NCBI GenBank assembly: GCA_043228905.1
Contig: JBHGNT010000005.1
Coordinates: 15,624,001-15,688,000 of the forward strand
Direction of reading: 5' to 3'
Length of the DNA stretch: 64,000 nucleotides
DNA from: Azolla caroliniana
Lineage: Eukaryota; Plantae; Polypodiophyta
This document shows positions 36,741 to 47,665 of the stretch, one piece after another; the stretch's first letter is position 1, and each line of letters starts with the position of its first letter. The translations under genes were made by a program, and so were the position numbers. The notes under the pieces are model-generated. The model saw nothing but the letters and a program-made list of their open reading frames with translations. It was not told the origin of the DNA and searched no databases.

Positions 36741-36807
36741 GGGCAAGGAAGGATTCGAACCTTGCACCTCCAAGTTAAGAATCAATTGGCTTACCACTAA
36801 GCCATGC
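36741..36807 (-). other. tRNA-like (A box/B box) module inside the LTR; homologues at 44091-44157 and 16457-16524
   Basis: TGGCTTAGTGG (A box), GGCTTA/TAAGCC D-arm, TTCTTAA loop, AAGG-TTCGAAT-CCTT T-arm; no acceptor stem. Confidence 0.6.
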
Positions 36808-37328
36808 TATTTAGTTGAAATTATATTTCTATCATTGTACTTTTACATGTAAGTTCTCATACATGAGAGCTAAAATGAGTGACATGGTTATCATGCACCA
36901 CATGTAATACATAAGCGCCAAATGGCAAACATGCAATTTATGCATGTCTTGTACCCTCACATGGATCATATGCATGAGAGCATCTATAAAAGAATGAAGG
37001 GGGAGGAGAAAAAACACGTTTTTTTTTATTATGAAATTAAGAAGAAGAAATTCGTTATCAAATTGATGGTGTAACTTGTTTCTTAAATCCGAAGATAAAA
37101 GTTCAATCAATCTTTCTCAATCGTTTAATCTCAACTTCTCTCTTTCCCAATCTATCTTAAGTACTTTCTCGCCAAAGCTTGTATCGACTTTGAATCCTTT
37201 CGGTCCAGAACCCCGGCGGTTCCGCCTCACGATCCGCGCGTAGTGACGGATCTTCACGACATAATTAAGTGGTGAACCCGACGTGAAAGAGGCGGTAGGA
37301 AGGATCAAGTCGAGATTAATACTTGGAG

Positions 37329-39527
37329 ATGGCGTCCTCAAGCAACGAAGCAGGAGAGCTCGAAAGAATGATGCTAATCGTCGAGCAAATGATGAAATCT
37401 CGGGACAATGACGTGAGCGTGGAGAAGGCTGTCGATCGTGTTGTAGAGCTCGAGGGCCAATTCGATGGAAGGAACGTTACGAAGTTCCTTGATGCATATA
37501 GAAGGGAGATGAATCAGAGGGACATGTCCGAGGCACGTCAAATCGCAAGCTTCAAGAGAGTTGTCGCCAACAACATCCAAAGACGCGTCATCGAGCTTCA
37601 AGAAGGTAAGACAACATGGTCTGAGTTCGAGAAAATGATAATAGTGGAGTTCGTGACTGAAGACTCAACGAGGATGACTCGACATGCCCTCATGAAGTGG
37701 ATAGAGAAGAAAAATAAGAAGATGAGCGTCTCGGGGGTGTACGACGAATTTGACCAGATGTTTAGTCGTCTCCCCAATACGGACCAAGTGTTGCTTGAAG
37801 AGGACAAGACTTTGTACTTCTTGAAGGCCGTGGACATAAAGGATAGACGGGAGTTGGGGACTCTTCTCGAAGATGATACCCAAGCAAATGGGCTCATAGC
37901 GGACTGGATCGCGGTGAAGCGGGCATGCAATAGGCTCGACAAGCGTCACCAATGGGTTGATGACACCAACATGATGGGACCGACTACCACGGAGAAAGCA
38001 AGACCGCCGAAAGTAGTTGAGCCGCCAAGACAAAGTAATGTGGAACAAAAGAAGATTGATGACGACATCATTGAAGAGGTAGCGAAGAAGTTCGAAAAGG
38101 TCACGCTAGCCAACATGAATCGTCGGGGCCCTAAAGGAAAAGAACCCTTTAGATGCGTGTGGTGTGATAGCATGGACCACATGAGAAGGGATTGTCCGAG
38201 CCTTCGAGAGGCGATTCGACAAAATATTGTATACATAGAGGACAACATGATCTGCTCAAGCGAGACTAGAAGACCCCTACGGGTGAATTTCGGAAGAGGA
38301 GGAATGAAGAAATCTATGGAGGATGCCGATGCGACTCATGTGGATGCGATGCACTATGCTGCGTCGGCCGGAATAAGAGTCGGGAAAGACAAGACTGAAG
38401 CTGCCAGAGCGGGAGCAAAGTTTTGGACTTCCGTTCTCAAATATGAGAAGAAGGGAAAAGTCACATCGAACGAGGTAGAGCTTGCGGACCGAAGCGTGCA
38501 AAGCATAACCGGGTGGTCGGATCCGGTGGACGACAACAGCATACTCGCAGAGGTGATGTGCGAAAACCACGAGGTGTTCGTCGAAGAAAAGAGAAAGAGA
38601 ATAGAAGAGCAAGGCCCATCAAAAAGACATGAAACAAGGAACGCGAAAAAGAAGGACGATACGGAGACGACTCAACCTTCACAAACGGAGGAACGAGAAT
38701 CAAGCCGAAAAGGGGAGCCGAGCATACGAGTTGAAGAAACGGTGCGGCCCATGAAGGTTGGTGTCGAAGACCCCGCTCGGAGGACTAGGACTATACCTAC
38801 CTATAAGCTAAGGTCGGACATAGAGCAGACAACGGACCTAAAGAAAATTCTCGAAGAACGAGTTCTTGATAGCCACGTAACTTTGTTCTTGAGGGAATTG
38901 CTTGGCATTACGAAGAAGGAGTTCCATGACACGATCGTGGACCTTGTAAAGAGAAAGAGACAACAATCGGACGAGGAAGAAGAGAAGCCACAAAAAGCAA
39001 AAACGAATGCCATAACGATGGCAAGAGACGAAGTCGATGAAGATATGGTGGACAGCCACTATACTCGACCTCATTGGGCACGAGCGACAACGGAGACGCC
39101 GGTGAAGATCGGGGAGAAGAAAGAGACCGTGGTAGCCTTGATCGACCACGGCTCGAAGATCAACCTCATGTCAACCGACTTCTACAAAAAGGGAAGATGG
39201 CCAATCAATACAAACCACGGATGGAAGATTCGCGCGGCAACAAAGTCTACGGAGGACTTGTATGGAGCTTGTCCCAATATCAAAGTCACGATCGGGGATG
39301 TGGAGATGGATCAACACTTCTTCATACAAGAATCGGCGTCGCATCCTGTCATCCTAGGGCAACCTTATATCACATCATCTCGGATGGAGACCAAAGTGTT
39401 CGATAATGAAGCAGCCTTCGCACGAATAAAGAGTCTTGACAACCAAAGATCGGTCCAATTCCTAACGGTGCGAGCCAATCATGAAAGGAATTGAGATAGT
39501 CTCGGAGGCGAATCCTCGGATTTTTAG
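37329..39527 (+). CDS. Gag-protease fusion of element D (premature TGA at 39492 near the C-terminus)
   Basis: Continuous 720-codon ORF with CCHC knuckle and ALIDHGS protease motif; the natural end DF* is at 39527. Confidence 0.88.
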
Positions 39528-42500
39528 AGCGGACTATTGAAGCATGGGGCACAAATAGTCCGAGCAATCACAAGACCCCACAAGAAAGAAGAGTGCGTGG
39601 ATTGCAAGGAGAAGTAACATGTATCACACCTAGTGGCGCATGTAAACTAGTACTACCCGACAAGAAGCACAAGCGTCGGATACAAGAATTCGAGAAGATG
39701 CTGAAAGAAGAGAACATAATAGAAGATGGAGAGTTCGTGACTCATATTATGGAAGAAGCCTCATTTAACGACACCATTGGCGAAATCGAGGACGTCGTGG
39801 ACTTGAGCTATCTTCACAACCAACGCGTGATTTCGGTTAACTCCGTCAACATGTACGCTATCATCGATGAATACCGTCGTGGCATCTCGATGAAGGAAGC
39901 TGACATCAACACGAAATATAAAACGGTGGATAAGAAGATCAAGCCAGTTGCGGTTCCGCTACCGGAAGATAGCTAGCAAAAGATGAAGGAAGTCGCTAAC
40001 GATCCAAGCTTAAGAGATCCGAAGAAGATAGGTCATGTCTTCACCAAAGAGACGAAGGGGAAGCTATGAGTTGGAAAGGAGGATTTCCTTCTCCTAGAAG
40101 AGGAGCGAATGTTTCGCGATATGCTTGAGAGACATGGGAAGGCTTTCGCATTCTTCCCACGAGAAATCGGATGCGCTAACCCAAAGGTTATAGAGCCGAT
40201 GGTGATCTTCACGGTGCCTCATGTGCCTTGGAATTTGAAACCGATACCGGTTCCGAGAGCACACCTTCCGAAGCTGATCGAGCTCTTAAAGGAGAAGGTG
40301 AGTATGGGAATTCTAGAACCGTCGAATGCTCCTTATTCTAATAGGTGGTTCACGGTGCCGAAGAAGAATGGATCATTGCGATTCATCCAAGATCTTCAAC
40401 CTGTCAACAAGGTGACTATTTGAAATGCCGGAATCGGTCCGAGCGTGGACGAATTTGCCGAAGCGTTTGCGGGCCGGTCCATCTACTCCATTGGCGATCT
40501 CTACTCCGGATATGACCAATTCCAATTGGCGATCGACAGTCGGGGCATTACAACCATGAGGACTCCGATCGGGCTTGTGTGGATGTGTACTTTACCCCAA
40601 GGCGCAACGAACTCGGTGGCTCATATGGTGAATGCCATGAATAAAGTCTTGAAGGATTGCATTCCGTACATCACGATGTCATTCTTGGATGATATTCCGA
40701 TAAAAGGATGTTCGGATGAGGAGAAAGATGAATCGAAAGATAAGGAGGGTTGTAGAAAGTTCGTTGCGGATCATATAAAAGATTGCGAGAAGGTGCTTCA
40801 AAGGCTCGAAGATGCGAATTTGACATTTTCGGGAGAAAAATCCACATTTGGGCAACCAGAGATCTTGGTGGTAGGTCACTTGTGTGGAGCATACGGCCGG
40901 AAGCCCTCACCATCCAAAGTGAACGCAATCCAAGACATGAAAGAAGAATGCGAAAACCAAACGGAGTTTCGAAGGTTCCTTGGAGCGTGCGCGTTTTATC
41001 ATATATGGATTCCTCACTACGCTCATGTCGCCGAACCGTTATATGGACTACTAAAGAAAAGAATAAAGTTCGAATGGCGAGACGAGCACACAAAGGCGAT
41101 GCGAAGATTAAAGAAACTGCTTCTTGAAGCTCCGGCACTAAGGAAGGCCGACTATGCCGAAGGGAAACCAATTTACGTGACCGTAGATATGAGCCCAACC
41201 GGAATCGGGTGTGTCATCAATCAAGAAGGTGAAGATAATGCGCGATATGTCGTCCGGTTCGGAGCAAAGGTTCTCAGCGAACGGCAACAAAGATATGCCC
41301 AAGTCAAGTGGGAACTTTGGGGTATTGTGTCGGCAGTGAAGACGGACAAAGATTACCTGATCGGGTCAGAAGTGATAATAGAGACAGATTGTCTCCCAAT
41401 TCTCGGAATGGTCTCGGGATGTGCGACCCCGGATTTTTCTATGCTAAGGTGGATCGCCTACATCAAGTCTTTAAACCCAGAGATCCGTCACATTGCAAGG
41501 AAGAAGAACGCCATGGCTGGCATGCTGTCGAGGGCAAGATTTTCAAACAGAAGTAACATGGTTTCGGAAGATGAAGATGTCGCCCTCGACTTCTTCAAGA
41601 TGGCTCGATTGTCGGCGGAAGACCAGGACACACAAACCCTCCACACCTTCAACGAGAATGAGTACGAAGGAGAGTGGTTACTCATCGGTAGATTCCTAAT
41701 AACATTGACGACAAATGCTTCATTGACAAAGGAGGAGGCCCTACGGATCCGAAAGAAAGCTTACCGATACTTCTTGAAGGGAGGATTCCTTTGGCGACAT
41801 CCAAAAAGAAGGACAGGAATACCACGTCGAGTGGTGGTAAAGAAAGAAGAGCAAGAGACGTTGATGACCGAATTCCACGAGAGTGCTTGGGCAGGTCATA
41901 GAGGAACATGGGCGACGTTCAAAAAGTTGAAGGAGAAGTACTGGTGGCCAAGCATGTACAAAGATGTACTCCATTTCGTGTCCACATGCGAAACTTGCCA
42001 AATATATTCAAATATACGTCATCGTGATGAGTTACAGCCGACATACCCACTCACCATACACTTCAAATGGATGGTGGATCTGGTCTCGATGCCAATGGGA
42101 GTGGGAGAAATGAAGTACTTAGCGTTGGCGAGGGAAGACTTGACGAATCAAGTGGAAGGACGAGCCTTGACAAATAAGACGACTTCAACCGTTTGCAAAT
42201 TTCTACTTGAAGATGTTGTTTGCCGATATGGATGTGTAGGGAAGATAGTGGCCGACCGAGGGGAGTTGGACGCGCACGAAGCGACAGAGCTCTTCGAAAG
42301 ACTAGGAGTGAAGCTCTCCCTCACGATTGCCTACAATCCGGAAGCAAATGGGAAGATCGAGCGAGGGCATGGACCTATCGTTAAAGCCATCTGGTCTCGA
42401 TGCCAATGGGAGTGGGAGAAATGAAGTACTTAGCGTTGGCGAGGGAAGACTTGACGAATCAAGTGGAAGGACGAGCCTTGACAAATAAGACGACTTCAAC

Positions 42501-43323
42501 CGTTTGCAAATTTCTACTTGAAGATGTTGTTTGCCGATATGGATGTGTAGGGAAGATAGTGGCCGACCGAGGGGAGTTGGACGCGCACGAAGCGACAGAG
42601 CTCTTCGAAAGACTAGGAGTGAAGCTCTCCCTCACGATTGCCTACAATCCGGAAGCAAATGGGAAGATCGAGCGAGGGCATGGACCTATCGTTAAAGCCA
42701 TCGTACGGGCATGCAACGGTCGAGTCGGGAATTGGCCACGACTATTACCCTATGCCTTGTGGGCCGATAGAATGACACATAGCTCGGTCACAGGGTATAT
42801 GCCGACGGAGCTTATGTATGGACAAAAGCCGATTATGCCCATCGAAAGGACGATCGCCTCATGGGTAGCGATACCATGGGAGAACGAGATGAGCCAAGAA
42901 GAGTTATTAGCGGCGCGGATAAGGCAACTTGAAAGAAGACCTGAAGATTTAGAAAAAGTGCGAAAGATGATGGAGGCAGCCCGAGTAAAGAGCAAAGTTC
43001 GGTTCGACAACACGCATCGACTTCGTCCCAAGAAGATTGAAGAAGGGGATTGGGTTTTGGCTTACGATAGCACTCTTGACAATCAACACAGTACAACAAG
43101 GAAGTTCGCAAGAAGATGGTTCGGGCCGTATGTGCTGACAAGTGCCAACGATAATGCCACATACCACCTTGCGGAACTAGACGGATCAAGGTTCGTCGTA
43201 CCCATTGCGGGAAAAAGAGTAAAGATTTTCAAGAGAAGACAAGACACGGATCCTGACCTCGATTACCTCGACAATGAACATAACAAGGCGGATGAAAATG
43301 AAGACATGGAGGAATCTAATTGA
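39518..43323 (+). pseudogene. Pol of element D (RT-RNaseH-integrase, no chromodomain)
   Basis: RT FLDD, RNase H and integrase HHCC/DDE motifs; three in-frame stops and a 311-bp duplication. Confidence 0.92.
42078..42702 (+). repeat. 311-bp tandem duplication in the integrase of D
   Basis: ATCTGGTCTCGATGCC starts at 42078 and 42389; ATC microhomology at the junctions. Confidence 0.95.
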
Positions 43324-45465
43324 TCATCGTAGCCAAAATCTCACTTTCTCTCTTCTTGGCATGTACCGGAGGACGTGCGGTTTGGTGGGGGTGGATGTCG
43401 TGAAGATTTTCGGCAATAGTGTGAAAATCCCATAAAACATACGAAATCGAGTATAAATCACATAATACAATAGTTGTGAAGATAACATTTTAAATAAATT
43501 TAATATCTAAGTACAAAATGATGGAGGTTTCGAATGCACTTTATTACACGAGAAACAGACAACTAAATGTCAAGATATGAGGGTATAAAGTTTGTGAAAG
43601 GAAAAAAGAAAATTGTGAGATATCCCACATAGGCACGACAAATACGGCTCTCATCATATATAAGGTGGAGCAAAAGATATTATCTTTGTGTTTATGTGTG
43701 GAGCATAAAGAGTTCAAGGTAACTTGAACTAAGAGTGGAGGTGGGCTAGCTACTCGTAAAGGGTTTTGGCCAACCAAAACCAGATCGGCGACATCCAACG
43801 GCAATCCGGCGACGGCGAGGTGGTGGCATCTGGCGACGGCATCCGGCGAGGCACCAGTAACCGACGGCATCGGTATCCGGCGACGGCATCCGGCGAGGCA
43901 CTGGTAACCGACGGCATCCAACGAACCGGCGTCCGGCGACTAGATAAATAAATATATGTAAATTAAAATGGTCATACCTGGCTCGTGTGATATCGTATTT
44001 TTGTGTTCAAACATGCGAATCGAAGCTAACAACGCTAGCTATGATATAGAATTAAAAAATCGAGAGACATGACGAAATTAGAAAATTTGAGGACAAGGAA
44101 AGATTCGAACCTTGCACCTCCAAGTTAAGAATCAATTGGCTTACCATTAAGCCATGCTATTTAGTTGAAATTATATTTCTATCATTGTACTTTTACATGT
44201 AAGTTCTCATACATGAGAGCTAAAATGAGTGACATGGTTATCATGCACCACATGTAATACATAAGCGCCAAATGGCAAACATGCAATTTATGCATGTCTT
44301 GTACCCTCACATGCATCATATGCATGAGAGCATCTATAAAAGAATGAAGGGGGAGGAGAAAAAACACGTTTTTTTTTATTATGAAATTAAGAAGAAGAAA
44401 TTCGTTATCAAATTGATGGTGTAACTTGTTTCTTAAATCCAAAGATAAAAGTTCAATCAATCTTTCTCAATCGTTTAATCTCAACTTCTCTCTTTCCCAA
44501 TCTATCTTAAGTACTTTCTCGCCAAAGCTTGTATCGACTTTGAATCCTTCCGGTCCAGAACCCTGGCGGTTCCGCCTCACGATCCACACGTAGTGACGGA
44601 TCTTCACGACAACGTGGGGGAGCCAGAAAGCTTCAAAGAAGCAACGAGGAACGCCCACAACCGAAAGTGGTTAAGTGTCATGCAAGATGAGATGGATTCC
44701 CTCCATGAGAACCACATATATGAATTGATGGTGTTGCCGAAAGGAAAGAGAGTGCTCCAGAACAAGTGGGTGTACAAGCTAAAACCGTGAGACACTGGAA
44801 ATCCACCGAGATACAAAACCTGTATTGTGGTGAAGGGTTTCCAACAAAAGAAAGGGGTGGACTTCGACGTGATCTTTGCTCCCGTAGTCAAGAGGACGTC
44901 CATCTAGATTGTGCTAAGCATAGCGGCGAGCATGGACCTCGAGGTCAAACAACTCGATGTTAGGACAACATTCCTTCATGGGGACCTCGAGGAGGAGACA
45001 GATTTTGGGAATGCACATAATCTGGCACCGGTCGAAGAAACAGTTGTGGTTGTCATAGGGGAAGTACGTGACAAAGGTGCTTCAAAGGTTCAGTATGTCG
45101 GATGCTAAGCCGGTCGGGTCGACGCTTCCGGAAAATTGCAAGCTCCAGTAAACCCCTATTAGAAGGCTTCACCGATTTGGACATGTCGGCGTATGCAGAT
45201 ACCAACCAGTCTACATCCGGATACGTCATGACATATGTAGGGGGAGCCGTATTGTGGCAATCAAGGCTGTAGAAGTCCGTTGCACTATCGACAATGGAAG
45301 CGGAGCACATGGCAGCTATAGAAGCCGGTAAAGTGGTAATCTGGATGAAGGACTTCACCGGAGAGCTAAGGATCCCGCAGGACGAATTCCAGCTCTATTG
45401 TGACAGTCAAAGTGCCATCCACCTCGTGAAGAACGCGGCCTACAATTCCCGAACCAAACACATCC

Positions 45466-45840
45466 AGAAAATGTTTTTGGACATTTTCAAACTCTTTCCA
45501 CATAGATTTAGGGATGCTACCGCCCCATACTTCCACCCCATAGAGAAGAACCGGTGTCACCAAAGTGTCAAAAAGATATTTCTTGAGGACCCAACACTTA
45601 ATATCTCCAAGATTGCATGTGTTCTCAAATGCATAGTATGCTCGCTTACCCGTCTCTAAGTGGCGTGTAGCACATTCATTCCATCTATGATTTGAAAGAA
45701 CTTCAAGGCCAAGATATTTGAAGCTTTCCACACATTCAAGTGGCTCATTGTTGTACATAATGCATGGTTTATCTCTTTTTTGGCTATTGACAAGCATAGT
45801 CTTTGTTTTAGAGCTATTGACACTTAATTTAGTATGCATG
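45466..45840 (-). mobile_element. Internal ORF2 fragment of the RTEX-like LINE
   Basis: MHTKLSVNSSK...FENVQKHF is nearly identical to 29140-29466. Confidence 0.9.
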
Positions 45841-46822
45841 ACAACTCTGTGACCTTGCACAAAGTGGTTAACAAGGCTTACTTTGCAACATAATGTTGTA
45901 TATTGGGTATCATATAATAGGAACAACAATTTGTGATTAGGTTTTTCTAAATGCACTTTTAAAAGACAACTCGATATTGCTTGATGCATGGATTTTACCT
46001 TGGATTTGTTCATCATAGTAGCTCTTGTTGTTGTCTTAACCAACAAGTACTTTTGAGGTCTACTGTCAACCTTTTGTTTGTTCACCACATCCAACAATAA
46101 TCCAGTTTATCTTAGCATATAGGTTTCTTATCATGGTTAATACCAAAATTTGAATGTATTAAACTTATAGAGATTTTTCACTTCATGACCTTGTGCTTAA
46201 AGTTCTCACATAAAGTAAAACAACAACTCTGTGACCTTGCACAAAGTGGTTAACAAGGCTTACTTTGCAACATAATGTTGTATATTGGGTATCATATAAT
46301 AGGAACAACAATTTGTGATTAGGTTTTTCTAAATGCACTTTTAAAAGACAACTCGATATGGCTTGATGCATGGATTTTACCTTGGATTTGTTCATCATAG
46401 TAGCTCTTGTTGTTGTCTTAACCAACAAGTACTTTTGAGGTCTACTGTCAACCTTTTGTTTGTTCACCACATCCAACAATAATCCAGTTTGTCTTAGCAT
46501 TAGGTTTCTTATCATGGTTAATACCAAAATTTGAATGTATTAAACTTATAGAGATTTTTCACTTCATGACCTTGTGCTTAAAGTTCTCACATAAAGTAAA
46601 ACAACAACTCTGTGACTTGCACAAAGTGGTTAACAAGGTTTACTTTGCAACATAATGTTGTATATTGGGTATCATATAATAGGAACAACAATTTGTGATT
46701 AGGTTTTTCTGAAGGCACTTTTAAAAGACAGCTCGATATTTTGCTTGATGCATGGATTTTAGCTTGGATTTGTTCATCATAGTAGCTCTTGTTGTTGTCT
46801 TAACCAACAAGTACTTTTGAGG
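45841..46822. repeat. AT-rich tandem repeat, about 382-bp unit, about 2.6 copies
   Basis: ACAACTCTGTGAC recurs at 45841, 46223 and 46604. Confidence 0.95.
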
Positions 46823-47665
46823 AAACAATTGCAAAACATAAATCATAAGGAAAAAATGCAAAGCTCATTTGAGTCTTCGAGTGTTGTGTTGACTTAAAAC
46901 AACCTTCACTATGGAAAGCTTCAATCATAACTTTGCGAATTTAAGATGATGTCGTTAATTAAAACCTCACAATTACGCTCTGTGATTATGGAGTGGTAAT
47001 AAAAACTTTGGAAATTGACCATGTTAAGTGGCATTTTCATCGAGTGAGTGGCATTCTGGTAATTCCCCTGAAAAACAACCCTAACAACCGACCATTTCTT
47101 TGATATTCATTACGATAATTTGGAAGGATCTTATTTGAAGCTATGAAATGAAAAATAGCAACCAAATATGTCGTTTGTTTGCCGATGAACCCGTGAAGCA
47201 AAAGCTTACAATCTCAAATTTCACTCGCATGTGCCCCTTTCTTTAGCCATTTTACACAGGAAGGCTCAAAAAGAAATAGAGAATAGTGAGCAAGTGGTTA
47301 AGTTTTACAGAAGATTGATTTCCTGTTCTTTTATTTGTTTTGTAAACATTCAAAGATGAAGCCAAAGAATAGGGGAAACATTAAGGGGAGATTTCTGGTG
47401 TTACAATCAATTCGCTTAGCTTTGACAGGACCATGCTTGATTCATTTTTGTGCAATTCTCTTGAAGTTTGTTTACAGAGGTATTTTCTTCATTTATTTCT
47501 TTTGACCTAATCGCTAACATTTTCCATTACCAAAATATTTTGTTTCACCCACTATATTTCCATAATCAAGCATGCTATGTATGTGGGTAATATGAATTGC
47601 CTAAACTCCAACCGTATGTACACTCATATATATGGCATGACAAGGGAGCTTTATTGACATCCTAA

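Larger units (their letters stand above)
36227..44611 (+). mobile_element. Ty3/Gypsy element D (youngest-looking copy)
   Basis: LTRs 36227-37261 and 43396-44611; perfect tRNA-Trp PBS TGGTGAACCCGACGTGA at 37270; 4-bp TSD ACGT; few stops. Confidence 0.97.
23562..45465 (+). mobile_element. Ty1/Copia element F (host of G and D; 3' end lost)
   Basis: 5' LTR about 23562-24108; PBS TGGTATCAGAGC (tRNA-iMet) at 24112; gag; WVFDSGASFH protease. Resumes at 34797 (integrase) and at 44616 (RT, partly deleted; RNaseH). Confidence 0.9.

Noticed and set aside
36741-36807. Functional tRNA-Lys gene
   Set aside because: No acceptor stem and a poor anticodon stem; embedded in an LTR. Kept only as a tRNA-like module.
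46183-46527. ORF MLDVVNKQK... (also 62595-62891 and the 243-aa fusion ORF 45366-46097)
   Set aside because: A chance frame in the 382-bp repeat with no recognisable domain; the fusion ORF merely spans repeat, LINE and Copia junctions.
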